From: Victivallis vadensis
GTDB taxonomy: Bacteria; Verrucomicrobiota; Kiritimatiellia; UBA8416; CAMCYG01
Assembly (NCBI GenBank): GCA_945883775.1
Contig: CAMCYG010000005.1
Coordinates: 379-64,378 of the forward strand
Length of the DNA stretch: 64,000 nt
Direction of reading: 5' to 3'
The notes beneath the pieces are model-generated. The model ran no database searches. It was not told where the DNA came from and worked only from the letters and a program-made list of their open reading frames with translations. The position numbers were made by a program, and so were the translations under genes. Positions 38,201 through 46,319 of this stretch are shown one piece after another (position 1 is the stretch's first letter; each line of letters opens with the position of its first letter).

Positions 38201-39467
38201 CAATATCAGTGATGGGACAACTGTGGAAATACCGGCGCAGACTGTTGCTTCAAATACTACTGTACACGTAGAAATCACCGGGGCAAACACCAACGGCATT
38301 AATGGCACCGCCTCAGGTCAGTGCAGTATCAGTGAGAACAGAAAGGTTTCGCTAGAAGGTAATCCTGAGCTTAACAAGCCTATATCTATTGTCATTCCTT
38401 ACAGAGATGACAATGATGATGGGATAGTCGATGGTACCTCAGTGCCTGAGGAAACTTTGTCCGGACATTGGTTTGACACGGCGAGCAATTGCTGGAGGAA
38501 GGCCCTGTCCGTTGAGGTTCATAGCAAAGAAAACTTTGTCAAGGTCAGGGCTTATCACCTGACTGAATATGCACTGGTCGGTTCCATGAATCTGTTGCAC
38601 CCTGCAAGTGGCGGGCGGCTCAACTCGTATAAGTCGGAGAAAAGCACTATGAACGCTGCTTCGCACCTGACGGATGGGAATGGGGTTAGTTACTGGCAGA
38701 GTCGGGATAATCCAACTGGGATTGAAGAATTTGTCTATAGCTTTGCGGATTATCAAGGGGCTGTCATAAATGAGGCAGTCTTCAATAATTATGGTGAGTC
38801 GGCGCTTGGTTTGACCAATTACAGCAAGGACTTTAGTATAAAGGTCTCTATGGATGGTGTGATTTATGATGATGCGTTGTTGGGTGTCTTGCCTACGAAT
38901 GATGCCCCGTACACAGTGCCGATGAATACCGTTACGTGCAGGTATGTTAAGCTGATCGTTTCCAGTGGAGTCCATACAGGTTCCTGGAATCTGGCTGAGT
39001 TTGCGCTTCATGGCGCAATTACGAATGACCCTAACGCAAATGGTATGGCTGATGGCTGGGAGATGCAGTATTTTGGCAATTTCAACAGGAATGGCAACGG
39101 CGATAATGATGTAGACGGATTGTCGGATCTGCTGGAGTATCAGGGAGGAGGGGACCCGACCAAGACTGATACCGACAATGACGGGCTATCCGACTTTAAG
39201 GAGTGGGTTGCCGGGACAACTATGAATAACCAGGCAAGCAGGTTTGAGATAGTGGATCCTAGAGGCCAGACCAATGCTGCAGACGCGTTAATATCGTGGG
39301 ACACAGTTCCTGGCAGATTCTACAGCGTATTGAGCGCGGAAAACCTGCTGTCGCCCGTGCGGCAAACCAATATGCATAGGGTGAATGGAACAGGCCAGAG
39401 GCACAGTTATACCAATTCCGACAATTGGACGGCCAAGTTCTTCTTTATCAAGGTGGAAGATCGGTAG
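32247..39467 (+). CDS. Giant exported protein (~2406 aa): 5 LamG/pentraxin-like domains with FN3-like spacers, PKD domains, discoidin-like domain, DxDxDG repeats and C-terminal domain
   Basis: Signal peptide MIKLIYFLLAVSCAITPVFA. Five copies of YPF.G.A.D.SGNGHNG...D.FG...SAYYFDGTND...W.HLVG.WDG...FQG.IDD..IYNRAL, PKD-type YEWDYDGDG and YLWDLDGDG, DTDNDGLSD. Confidence 0.9.
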   Translation: MIKLIYFLLAVSCAITPVFALDANLVASFPFNGDAIDASGNGHNGTVSGASLTVDRFGNPNSAYYFDGTNDVITVPNHTQLDLTGPLTVSAWMKSSPISSGFRSIVQKGSGGSRNYELQVVYPGVPPYPNQVCWLYMTGGMSKWWLIGQHEYADNTWHHLVGTWDGTNAYFYIDGVCESTGSWATALVPNSDALYLGYCPGYSYSYFQGAIDEVNIYNRSLGASEVYSVYAATNEVAVVINNGGGAGGVTSSNAVLSGSLTCLGTSNLSADVVVYWGTADGGTNAGSWSHSINMGILASGAFSTNISGLDQDTTYYYRCYAGNAHAAAWASSTLSFSTIASGIDPFLVAYYPFYGDAVDASGNGHNGTVSGASLTVDRFGNPNSAYYFDGTNDAITVPDHSQLDITGPITVEAWIKTSAPDDWVAVVNKGYYGERNFDLDVGGVYEPCWQYVTGDLSKWHIVATNSTVDQVWHNLVGTWDGTNACFYIDGVCRGVAGWGVPLVPNDHPVSIGYMPPYSCSWFCGSIDDVKIYNRALGSNEVYAAYGSAAPIQVLVNNSVGATAVSSSNATLNGGLVCRGLSNTIAEVVFYWGSVDCGTNATMWENGIVMGGLSSGSFSTNIIGLSTNATYYYRAYASNSISQVWALSSVSFRTASDVLDGAIVAYYPFSGNAVDGSGNGHNGTVNGATLTADRFGNPASAYYFDGTNDSITVPDHAQLDLTGPFTVEAWAKNLTTLSNFKTIICKGLSGERNYELQQGSPGYYIWLYQTGGLSKWWLLSAIDAANAQWRHLIGVWDGTNAVFYVDGLQTTQSVWTTPPVPNNFVMQIGCSPGYSYSYFQGTIDDIKIYNRALSSNEVYSSYVTNAPVAVYISNGLGASGITSSNAVVDLNLTCSGVSNSSANITLYWGLADGGTNSASWSNSINMGLRTAGLYSTNITGLTSNKTYYYRGYATNNGVMAWSPVSSSFTTPSAGVDASLVAFYPFNGNANDESGKGHNGVVDGSTLASDRFGVAGKAYYFDGTNDVITVADHSDLDITGAITVEAWVISTPIATGFRSIVTKGYYSERNYELQVIGPNKACWLYQTGGISRWWELGQNDDADNKWHYLVGVWDRTNAFFYVDGVRVNASTWITPLVPNNYPMYIGFSPGYSYSRFQGKIDDIKVYNRAKGSNEVYAAYVASAPLLLSVNNGTGASSVSSGSATLNGYLTCSGPSNVSADVTVYWGTTDGFANPSAWPNSVVVGSRSCGSIAFGITGLVANTTYYYRCYASNGIAAVWSSASSSFTTPATIVDPSLIAYYPFAGNANDVSGNGHNGTVNGATLTTDRFGNSNSSYYFDGTNDLITVPDHAQLDVTGPITVEAWTKASVKSAPYNQNFFSVLTKGNYGERNYELQVVGSNYYCWLYMTGGLTKWWELSVDKDVDGQWHHLVGVWDGTNACFYVDGNIDSVSPWSSPLVANNYNVTIGYCPGYSYTYFRGAIDEIKIRNRALGAAEVSSIYTEDYARCINSSYGAGGTIVPSGNVYLKKGEGTNFVVQAGGGYHIAEIIVNGASLGSFGPGSNAFEYVFSNVTSNQSVSAKFNSAPVPVVSVSVTNGPAPLRVNYDLSGSTDAENNIVRSEIDLSGDGVVDATDVSGYVMVEYTTLGVYTTKVGVVDAYGARTSSNVIISVWGAAPSANLDLSSLAGSAPMDVTFYATNSWAATGHKIVVYEWDYDGDGFYDRISATNVVHWTYADAGTNNPTVRITDDQGLQDIDSKAIIVEPAPNAPYVRLVSSCYEGRQPLTVTLTADVYSTRPIVSYLWDLDGDGDFDVSSVGNTIVRTYSMVGAYKVTVKVADDVGLSTVDTKTISVIAPSYLKVWISTPKDGWHVCGDRVTVHAHAAPASEVGSIQMQFKYQGDSVWTNMGSAMVPSPSSFKANWNVNGLLEGGNYQLRVLAQDVALNLVTSDVVTVVVDSGTDKQVGKIKESEEDGVHKKQQTFDKDEKSECNISDGTTVEIPAQTVASNTTVHVEITGANTNGINGTASGQCSISENRKVSLEGNPELNKPISIVIPYRDDNDDGIVDGTSVPEETLSGHWFDTASNCWRKALSVEVHSKENFVKVRAYHLTEYALVGSMNLLHPASGGRLNSYKSEKSTMNAASHLTDGNGVSYWQSRDNPTGIEEFVYSFADYQGAVINEAVFNNYGESALGLTNYSKDFSIKVSMDGVIYDDALLGVLPTNDAPYTVPMNTVTCRYVKLIVSSGVHTGSWNLAEFALHGAITNDPNANGMADGWEMQYFGNFNRNGNGDNDVDGLSDLLEYQGGGDPTKTDTDNDGLSDFKEWVAGTTMNNQASRFEIVDPRGQTNAADALISWDTVPGRFYSVLSAENLLSPVRQTNMHRVNGTGQRHSYTNSDNWTAKFFFIKVEDR
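32341..33424 (+). repeat. Near-identical 118-bp intragenic direct repeat (32341-32458 and 33307-33424)
   Basis: 3 mismatches in 118 nt by manual alignment; offset 966 nt (in frame). Confidence 0.9.
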
Positions 39468-39542
39468 AGAAGACAGACGCTATAGACTCGATGTGGTTGT
39501 GTGCCAGTTGGTCAAGCAAGAACAGGCGAATGTCTTGTTGAA

Positions 39543-40283
39543 TCAAGGTTTCTTTGTCTTGTTGGCGCGTGCCAGGATGCCTATACCGCTGCTGATTGAT
39601 GGCGAAGAGAATATAAAGTTGATAGCTCTGTAAATCATTGATGGGCCACCATGCATATCAGTATTCAGTCCTATTCCAAAGGTTTTTTCTATAATCCAGT
39701 TGTTTCTCTCAAGAACTTCTTTGAGCGCTCTGTAGGTGAAAATACGAATATGGCCAGCCGGTTGACCGTCTAAACGGACAATGTGTCCCGCGTTGGATTT
39801 TGCGCTGACCTCTGTAAATATTGGCTGATATCCAAATAACAGTGATAAGCGATTGAACCATGATCCTAAATTTGGAGTGGTTAAGAACAGCCATCCACCA
39901 TCTTTGACCACTCTACTGGCTTCCAGGAGGATGTCGTCAGTCGAAAATACATGCTCTATGATCTCCCCCATGAAACATGCATCGAAGGAATCTGCCGGGA
40001 CAGTTGTCTGTCCGCTGCTGAAATCATGCTCAATAACATCAATATTGTTTTTTCGTGCAATATTTACGGCTGGTCCAGATATTTCAATGCCGCACGTGTT
40101 GATGTCAGGTTTTAACTTCTTAATCTGAGTTAGGAAAAAGCCGTCACCGCAACCAAAATCTATGATGGATTTGATGTCAAGGCGGGAAAATACATTGAGC
40201 GCAAGGCTATGTCTGTTATTGCCTTTATCCGGCTCATAGCCATGTTCAGCTTTGTTGTAGAATTCTTTGATCTGTGTGGTCAT
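39543..40283 (-). CDS. Class I SAM-dependent methyltransferase
   Basis: IIDFGCGDG motif I, GIEIS, EIIEHV, LTTPN, and GHIRIFT typical of glycan-locus methyltransferases. Confidence 0.88.
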   Translation of the reverse strand: MTTQIKEFYNKAEHGYEPDKGNNRHSLALNVFSRLDIKSIIDFGCGDGFFLTQIKKLKPDINTCGIEISGPAVNIARKNNIDVIEHDFSSGQTTVPADSFDACFMGEIIEHVFSTDDILLEASRVVKDGGWLFLTTPNLGSWFNRLSLLFGYQPIFTEVSAKSNAGHIVRLDGQPAGHIRIFTYRALKEVLERNNWIIEKTFGIGLNTDMHGGPSMIYRAINFIFSSPSISSGIGILARANKTKKP

Positions 40284-40474
40284 TAGTAGTTACTTAAGAA
40301 CGGTTAATTCTATAAAAAAGACTGTTTTCTGTATAATTATTTCTTTTTCATTCCTGTTAGCGAATGAGCGTTACTTATCAATACGCAGAACATTATGTCA
40401 TTCGTGTGGCATTTACCAATATAATTTTGAATGCGAAAGCATTCAAAATTATATATAGGCGCTTTAGTGCCATG

Positions 40475-41287
40475 TCAGGAGATGTGGATGGAAAATAGAC
40501 GCTTACTGTTTTCGTATGTTATTTCGGTCAGTTCTTTAGCAGGCATATTCCTTAGCTCGGCGATCTTGGCGATGATCACAGGAAGATTAGACGGGGTGTT
40601 GATGCAATAGCTATCCGGTGCGATACCGTTTATTATCGGCGGCAGGTCGGGTGAGTCTGTCTCGACTAGGAGTCGGTCAAGCGGTACGACCTTGGCGGCT
40701 TCATGCCCGCGTTTGTTGCCTCTACGCGTGATGCTTCCCGAGAAAGAGATGTAGCCGTTGGCTTTTAAAATGGGAGTCATCATTTCGCAGGAACCGGAGA
40801 ATGAATGGACAAGAAAACCGGCAGGAATCAGTTCTCTTTTCAGAAGCATGGCCAGCAGAGTGCCCCATGCCTTCCGGCAGTGAATGGCTGCTGGTCTGTT
40901 CAGTCTTATTGCTACATCCAACTGCAATTCGAACACCTTGTGCTGGAGTTCGTCGTTCCTTTCAGACATCGCATGGTCCAGCCCGATTTCACCGATTCCC
41001 GCAGCGGGATTATCAGCAACCAGTTTCTCTAACTGTTGGAGCCATATGCCTGGATCTCCTGCCGGTACAAACCATGGATGCACTCCATAGAAAGGGATAA
41101 TTGTCTTGTGGCTATTTGCAAGTGCCCGAAGGATATCCCAATCTGCAGGGCAGGTTCCGCACGATACAAATTGCGCCACTCCAGCGGTACATGCTTTATC
41201 AAGAATCGCGGATAGGTCATCGATAAGTTTGGGGTCCTGCAAATGACAATGTGCATCAATACATTGAAACTCTGTTTGGTTGTCCAT
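40475..41287 (-). CDS. tatD: TatD-family hydrolase
   Basis: IDAHCHL, GVHPW, GIGEIGLD, IHCRKA, VHSFSGS, LLVETDSPD. The ORF-track extension to 41347 lies inside a REP doublet. Confidence 0.92.
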   Translation of the reverse strand: MDNQTEFQCIDAHCHLQDPKLIDDLSAILDKACTAGVAQFVSCGTCPADWDILRALANSHKTIIPFYGVHPWFVPAGDPGIWLQQLEKLVADNPAAGIGEIGLDHAMSERNDELQHKVFELQLDVAIRLNRPAAIHCRKAWGTLLAMLLKRELIPAGFLVHSFSGSCEMMTPILKANGYISFSGSITRRGNKRGHEAAKVVPLDRLLVETDSPDLPPIINGIAPDSYCINTPSNLPVIIAKIAELRNMPAKELTEITYENSKRLFSIHIS

Positions 41288-41297
41288 GGCTTTTGTT

Positions 41298-41357
41298 GTA
41301 GCGGCGCGTGTGTAACGCGCCGTCTTGATTGTGTGAGCATGACACATGCTCAGCTAC
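41298..41357. repeat. Inverted doublet of family 1 GTAG REP-like palindromes
   Basis: GTAGCGGCGCGTGTGTAACGCGCCG plus TGAGCATGACACATGCTCAGCTAC. Confidence 0.88.
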
Positions 41358-41388
41358 AGCATGGCTTGATGCCCTTAAATAATATTCT

Positions 41389-42309
41389 TCAGTTGGTGTC
41401 CTGGAGGCCGAGAATTGACAGTATCCTGTCGAGTTCGTCATTGGAAAAGAAATCGACTATGAGTGAGCCCTTTGATTTTTTGCCGTTAGCGAAGGTTTTG
41501 CAAGGTATGAGCTCCACGCGACTGCCGAAGAAAGCATGCAGTTTGTCCAGCAGGTATTTGACGTGTTCCGGGGGGATGTCCGACTTTTCTGCGCGTTTCT
41601 TTCTGGGTGCGCGTTTGAGTTTCTTTATCAGCTTCTCGAGCTGTCTGACTGATAGTGCATCTTTGATGCAGGTTGCCGCAACGAGCTCCTGTTCCTGCGG
41701 GATTTCAAGAGAGGTCAGCGCCTTGGCGTGGCCGGCGGTGATTTCGCCTGCGCCTATCAACTGTCTTACAGCTTCCGGAAGAGTGACAACACGCATCGCG
41801 TTGGCAATGGTAGCGCGGGCTTTGCCCACTTTAGCCGCAATCTGTTCCTGGGTGAGGCTGAACTTGTCGGCAAGCATTAGGTATCCCTCTGCTTCTTCGA
41901 GTATGTTTAGATTCTCGCGCTGCAGGTTCTCGATAAGTGCAACTTCCAGCGATTCGGTATCTGACGCATCGAGGATGGTTACTGGCACTTCTTTGAGGCC
42001 TGCTTCAGTGGCCGCACGCAGGCGGCGCTCGCCTGCGATGAGTTCAAAGCTGTTGCCCAGTCGTCGGACTATAAGCGGCTGCAGGACTCCGCGATCCTTT
42101 ACGGATGCCGTGAGATCGGCAAGTGCCTCTCTATCGAACTTCTTGCGCGGCTGCATCGGGTTCTTCTGTATATTACTGATGAGCACTTTTGTGGTGCCTG
42201 CTTGGGGTGCAGGTGGCTGAGCTTGCGGCCTGGCCTGAGGTATTTGCGGGGCGGTGCCATTCTTGATAAGCGAATTCAATCCTCTGCCGAGTCCATGTTT
42301 GATTGCCAT
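41389..42309 (-). CDS. parB: Chromosome partitioning protein ParB/Spo0J
   Basis: N-terminal GLGRGL, NPMQPR, GVLQPLIVR, IAGERRLRA, ALIENLQRENL, HTH TQEQIAAKVGKARATIAN. Confidence 0.96.
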   Translation of the reverse strand: MAIKHGLGRGLNSLIKNGTAPQIPQARPQAQPPAPQAGTTKVLISNIQKNPMQPRKKFDREALADLTASVKDRGVLQPLIVRRLGNSFELIAGERRLRAATEAGLKEVPVTILDASDTESLEVALIENLQRENLNILEEAEGYLMLADKFSLTQEQIAAKVGKARATIANAMRVVTLPEAVRQLIGAGEITAGHAKALTSLEIPQEQELVAATCIKDALSVRQLEKLIKKLKRAPRKKRAEKSDIPPEHVKYLLDKLHAFFGSRVELIPCKTFANGKKSKGSLIVDFFSNDELDRILSILGLQDTN

Positions 42310-42310
42310 T

Positions 42311-43033
42311 TTATCTCTCCTCAATTATTTCAATAGTACCTTCCAGTCCGCCGCCATCTTCTACTATAAGGCGCCTGGCTTTCAGTTCGCCGGTAATAGA
42401 GCCGTGTGGACCAATTTTTACCGAGCCATTGCAATAGAAGGTGCCATAAAGTGTACCATCAGTCGCAAGGTTATTGCAAAACACATGTTTAGTGAAGCTG
42501 CACGCAATATCTGTCCCGATCACAAGGTCTTTAAATGTAATGCGTTCCAGATTAAACTTGGAGTATGAGCATAGCTCCAGTTGCTCAGTGGCTCGCAATG
42601 TTGCATTCTCGGCATTTCCCTTTAGTGTGATATTACGCGCAAACAGCTCTGCGTTATCCAGGAACGAACCGGCTTTTACCTCAATATTGCCAATGGTTTT
42701 AAGTATGCCGGCATATGATCCGCTGATGGCATGGTTTTCGCAAAGAAGCATGTTGTGGCATTTCGGACACATGGTCCGCACGATGCGTCCCTGTATATTG
42801 AAGGCGTACTGGCAGACGTAGCAGATAATCTCAAAACGCTCCGGAACTGTTGTTTGCCGTATTCTTGCTGCAGAGAACAGTTCCCCGCTTGTGCGGGTGG
42901 GGGCTTTCGGGTTAAGCGCGGGCGAGTTGCCTATTGCATTATCATCAGGCTTGCCGTATGAATCGTAGAGGTTTCCAAGTTTCCTGATGGATGAATAGCT
43001 TCCCAGAAGATTGCTGATTTTGTTTTCTGCCAC
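42311..43033 (-). CDS. Zn-ribbon-containing bactofilin (polymer-forming cytoskeletal protein)
   Basis: AGGAG RBS with GTG start, CYVC...CPKC, beta-helix repeats ending GSITGELKARRLIVEDGGGLEG. Confidence 0.8.
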   Translation of the reverse strand: MAENKISNLLGSYSSIRKLGNLYDSYGKPDDNAIGNSPALNPKAPTRTSGELFSAARIRQTTVPERFEIICYVCQYAFNIQGRIVRTMCPKCHNMLLCENHAISGSYAGILKTIGNIEVKAGSFLDNAELFARNITLKGNAENATLRATEQLELCSYSKFNLERITFKDLVIGTDIACSFTKHVFCNNLATDGTLYGTFYCNGSVKIGPHGSITGELKARRLIVEDGGGLEGTIEIIEER

Positions 43034-43077
43034 CTGAAGCTCCTGCGATTAGCCGCACGTCAATCTTTTCTCTTGTT

Positions 43078-43135
43078 GTAGCTGAGCTTGTGTCAAGCGC
43101 AGCCGTTTATCGGCGCATGACACATTCGCCGCTAC
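43078..43135. repeat. Inverted doublet of family 1 GTAG REP-like palindromes
   Basis: GTAGCTGAGCTTGTGTCAAGCGCAG plus CGGCGCATGACACATTCGCCGCTAC. Confidence 0.85.
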
Positions 43136-43170
43136 ATCACAGAGGAATGATTTTATGGCAATTCCGCGTC

Positions 43171-43608
43171 CTATCTTCTTCCGAAGAATCCAGCTCGCTT
43201 GCCTTCGCCTTCTTGCTCCTTATCCACTGTCAACTCAGACGCTTGGACAGGAGGGATGGCTTCTGCGACAGCTTTGCCGGATGGGTTTACTTCGGACTTG
43301 CCTGTCATGGTAACACCGTCTTCGACGATGAGACGTTTTGCTCTTACGTCGCCGTGCACTCTCGCAGTAGATTTAAGCTCGATCTTGTCGCGGGCAATTA
43401 TATTTCCTGTGACCTGTCCCTGTACTACGATGGAGTTGATTGTTATATTGCCTTTTACAGTGCAAGTGCTTCCTATCAGTGCATCACCGGTGCATGTGAT
43501 GTCCCCATTAATTTTGCCATCTATGCTGATGCTGCTGCCGCACCTGATCGATCCCAGTATTTCGATATCCTCGGCTATTGTTGTCTTCGCTTTTTCTGCT
43601 GCGTCCAT
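43171..43608 (-). CDS. Bactofilin (CcmA/DUF583 family)
   Basis: TTIAEDIEILGSI...IDGKINGDI...VKGNI...VQGQVTGNI...VHGDVRAKRLIVEDG; AAGGA RBS before ATG 43608. Confidence 0.93.
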   Translation of the reverse strand: MDAAEKAKTTIAEDIEILGSIRCGSSISIDGKINGDITCTGDALIGSTCTVKGNITINSIVVQGQVTGNIIARDKIELKSTARVHGDVRAKRLIVEDGVTMTGKSEVNPSGKAVAEAIPPVQASELTVDKEQEGEGKRAGFFGRR

Positions 43609-43746
43609 GGTTTTATCCTTTGCTAGATTTATTCTTTTAATAGCGCCCATCTGTGATGGGTGTTTTCTTGTCCGCTCATAGAGCGGGGATGTCTTTCAAG
43701 CCGCTCTTACTGTCAACCGTCTCCCGTCTACTTCTTGTCTGTTTCT

Positions 43747-44805
43747 CTACGGGAACATGCCGGGGCGCTCAAGTCCCATATTTTCCGGCAGTCCGCAAAT
43801 AAGATTCATATTCTGCAAGGCCGATCCGGCCTGACCTTTCACCAGATTGTCGATGTATGAGACAATTCTGAGCCGATTGGTCCGTTCGTCGACGCTTACA
43901 ACCAGATTGCAGAAGTTTGTGCCGCGTACGTGCGGTGAACCCACAGGTGCGGTGCTTTCGAACACTCTGACAAACTTGTCGTTCTTGTAGAATTCCTTGT
44001 ATAGTGCAAGAACTTCGGCTTCTGTCTTTTTGTTTTTGAGTGTACCGTACAATGTCGACATTATGCCGCGACAGACTGGTACGACTTGCGATGTGAATGT
44101 TACCTTGATGTCCTTGCCGGACATGAGGCCAAGTTCGCGCTCTATTTCGAAAACATGCTGATGACCTGAGAGTTTGTATGCGTTCATGTGGTCATAGCGG
44201 GCTGGGTAGTGGAATGTCGGTGCAGGTTTTTTTCCAGCGCCTGACACCCCGGTTTTGCAGTCGCAGATGATTGAGGTGATTTCAATAAGGTCGTTCTTAA
44301 CTGCAGGTGAGAGGCCGAGAATACAGCTAACCGCGAAACAGCCTGGATTGCCGACCACTTTCGTGTTGGTGTTGAGCTCCTTGCGGTGGAGTTCTGCCAG
44401 ACCGTAAACTGATTGAGGTAGAAGGGCCGGGGATGCATGTGCGTCGGTCTTGCCGATACGCTTCGCATAGTCAGCGTAACTTTGTGCGTTGTTGAATCTG
44501 AAATCACCGCTGTAATCAACGACTTTTGCGCCTTTTTTCAGTTCGTTCTCTGCGAGCTTCATGCCCACTCCGTCAGGCGTCGAGAAGAACACGACGTCAA
44601 CCGGCTCATTTGCCTTGGGATCAGCCGGGTCTATTACCATCATGTCGCAGAAGCCAGCCAGATGCGGGTACAGCTTGCTGATGGGGGTGCCAGGGTTTTC
44701 GACATCTACCAGTGCATTAATCTTTGCCTGAGGATGTCCGAGCAGAAGTTCTGTTATGCCCACTCCGCCGTATCCGCCGGCGCCGACTATCTTTACCTTA
44801 ACCAT
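43747..44805 (-). CDS. argC: N-acetyl-gamma-glutamyl-phosphate reductase
   Basis: IVGAGGYGG, DYSGDFRF, VYGLAE, GNPGCF, SGAGK, IDNLVKGQAGSALQNMN. Confidence 0.96.
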   Translation of the reverse strand: MVKVKIVGAGGYGGVGITELLLGHPQAKINALVDVENPGTPISKLYPHLAGFCDMMVIDPADPKANEPVDVVFFSTPDGVGMKLAENELKKGAKVVDYSGDFRFNNAQSYADYAKRIGKTDAHASPALLPQSVYGLAELHRKELNTNTKVVGNPGCFAVSCILGLSPAVKNDLIEITSIICDCKTGVSGAGKKPAPTFHYPARYDHMNAYKLSGHQHVFEIERELGLMSGKDIKVTFTSQVVPVCRGIMSTLYGTLKNKKTEAEVLALYKEFYKNDKFVRVFESTAPVGSPHVRGTNFCNLVVSVDERTNRLRIVSYIDNLVKGQAGSALQNMNLICGLPENMGLERPGMFP

Positions 44806-44920
44806 TGTGATGCGCTCCTTTTCTTTCAGTAACGAAAGTGTAAAAAGGCAAATATTGGACTATGCCCGCGCAAAGTCAAGAATGGAAAAATGCTGAAATT
44901 TCCGCTGTTGCTGTCTTTGC

Positions 44921-45757
44921 TTAACGCACTAGAAACTTTATTTGAGTCGGGCTTTTGCGGATGACACCCATGAGGGTCTTCTTGAGGTTTCTGTGGATAT
45001 GGCCGTTTGTTGCTAGAAAGCTCATTCTGTGTCCACCGAAGTCCTGGATTATCTCTGTTTTTCCGCCGGCTTGTTTGACTATTAATCCTGCTGCTGCGAT
45101 GTCCCAGATATAGATTCCGGTCTCAAAGTAACCATCGCTTATTCCGCGTGCCACAGCGCACAGATCCCATGCGGCTGAACCGTAAACTCGAGCCTTTCTC
45201 ACGTTCAGCGATATGGTTTTGAATATTTCCAGTGGCGGCATGCTCTCGTCGAAGTTTTTGTCGAGCCCTGTCATGATCAGTGATTTCTTAAGTCCTTTGG
45301 TTTCAGAGACGGATATTTTCTTGCCGTTCATAACGGACTGAGTTTCCGCAGTTGCTGTATACAACTCCTTCATCTCTGGTGCGTAAACGACGCCAGCCAG
45401 AACTTCACTGCCACGTCTGACTGCAATCGAACAGCACCATGCCGGGAGGCCGTGGGTGAAATTGACCGTTCCGTCAATAGGGTCAATAATCCATTCATAG
45501 TCGTTTAGTCCTGGCGTTAGCTTCCTGTCATTTGCAGTCTCCTCGCCGAGGATGAAGTGATCAGGAAAAAACGATTTTATAGTTTTTTCTGCGCGCGCCT
45601 GGCATTCCTGATCCAGTAGAAGTTTGACATCATGGCTGAAGTAAGCGGTGGCTTCCTTGCGTCTTGAAGAGTTCCGCAATGCGTGATTGCCTGCATTTGT
45701 TGAGGCCTCAACTGCGCAGAGTAATAATTTATCGAGTGTGGGATCAGCTCTTTTCAT
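44921..45757 (-). CDS. suhB: Inositol monophosphatase family protein
   Basis: ILGEE, WIIDPIDGTVNF, WDIAAAGLIV. Confidence 0.9.
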   Translation of the reverse strand: MKRADPTLDKLLLCAVEASTNAGNHALRNSSRRKEATAYFSHDVKLLLDQECQARAEKTIKSFFPDHFILGEETANDRKLTPGLNDYEWIIDPIDGTVNFTHGLPAWCCSIAVRRGSEVLAGVVYAPEMKELYTATAETQSVMNGKKISVSETKGLKKSLIMTGLDKNFDESMPPLEIFKTISLNVRKARVYGSAAWDLCAVARGISDGYFETGIYIWDIAAAGLIVKQAGGKTEIIQDFGGHRMSFLATNGHIHRNLKKTLMGVIRKSPTQIKFLVR

Positions 45758-45836
45758 AAGCTTGGTGGAATAATAGCATTGGTGTTTCTGTGTTTAGCTT
45801 GTCAGCCCCATTCTCCATGCTGTCCTCTGTAAGATT

Positions 45837-45912
45837 TGGTGGAGGTAAGGAGGGTCGAACTCCTGACCTTCTGAATGCCATTCAGACGCTCTACCAACTG
45901 AGCTATACCCCC
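45837..45912 (-). tRNA. tRNA-Ala(GGC)
   Basis: Minus strand GGGGGTA/TACCTCC acceptor stem with G3:U70, TCTGA-ATGGCAT-TCAGA anticodon arm, GTTCGA T-loop, CCA. Confidence 0.95.
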
Positions 45913-46319
45913 ACATTCAAGAAAGGCTGAAATCTTAAACTTGAAATCTGAGACACAAGGCAAGCATTCCTTGCAACGACCAGATTGCTTTAAGAAAACA
46001 GGGCACACGAAATATCAGTTAGCTGTGTTTTTGTCAACTTGAATGTTTTCATATAATTCAGTTTATGCATCAAAGAGCTGGTTTTAGTGTCCAGATTGTC
46101 GCAAATGCGGACACATTGTCCGCTGCCGGACATCTGTCAAGACGGCCCAAATGACCGCTAAAGATCATAAGTGGTTCTTTGTTAATTATTTGTGTTGCGA
46201 GGTGCGAGTAGTGGGTATAGTATGGAATGGAATATGCGTATACTAAAACAGAATTGTTTATTTTTGGTATAAATAAACATTTGACAAAATTAATGAAACT
46301 TGAGAAAATCATCACGACG

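Noticed and set aside
43645-43706. Alternative hairpins CCGCTC/GAGCGG/CCGCTC between argC and the bactofilin gene as a riboswitch
   Set aside because: The stems are only 6 bp, there is no terminator U-tract or recognisable aptamer, and chance cannot be excluded.
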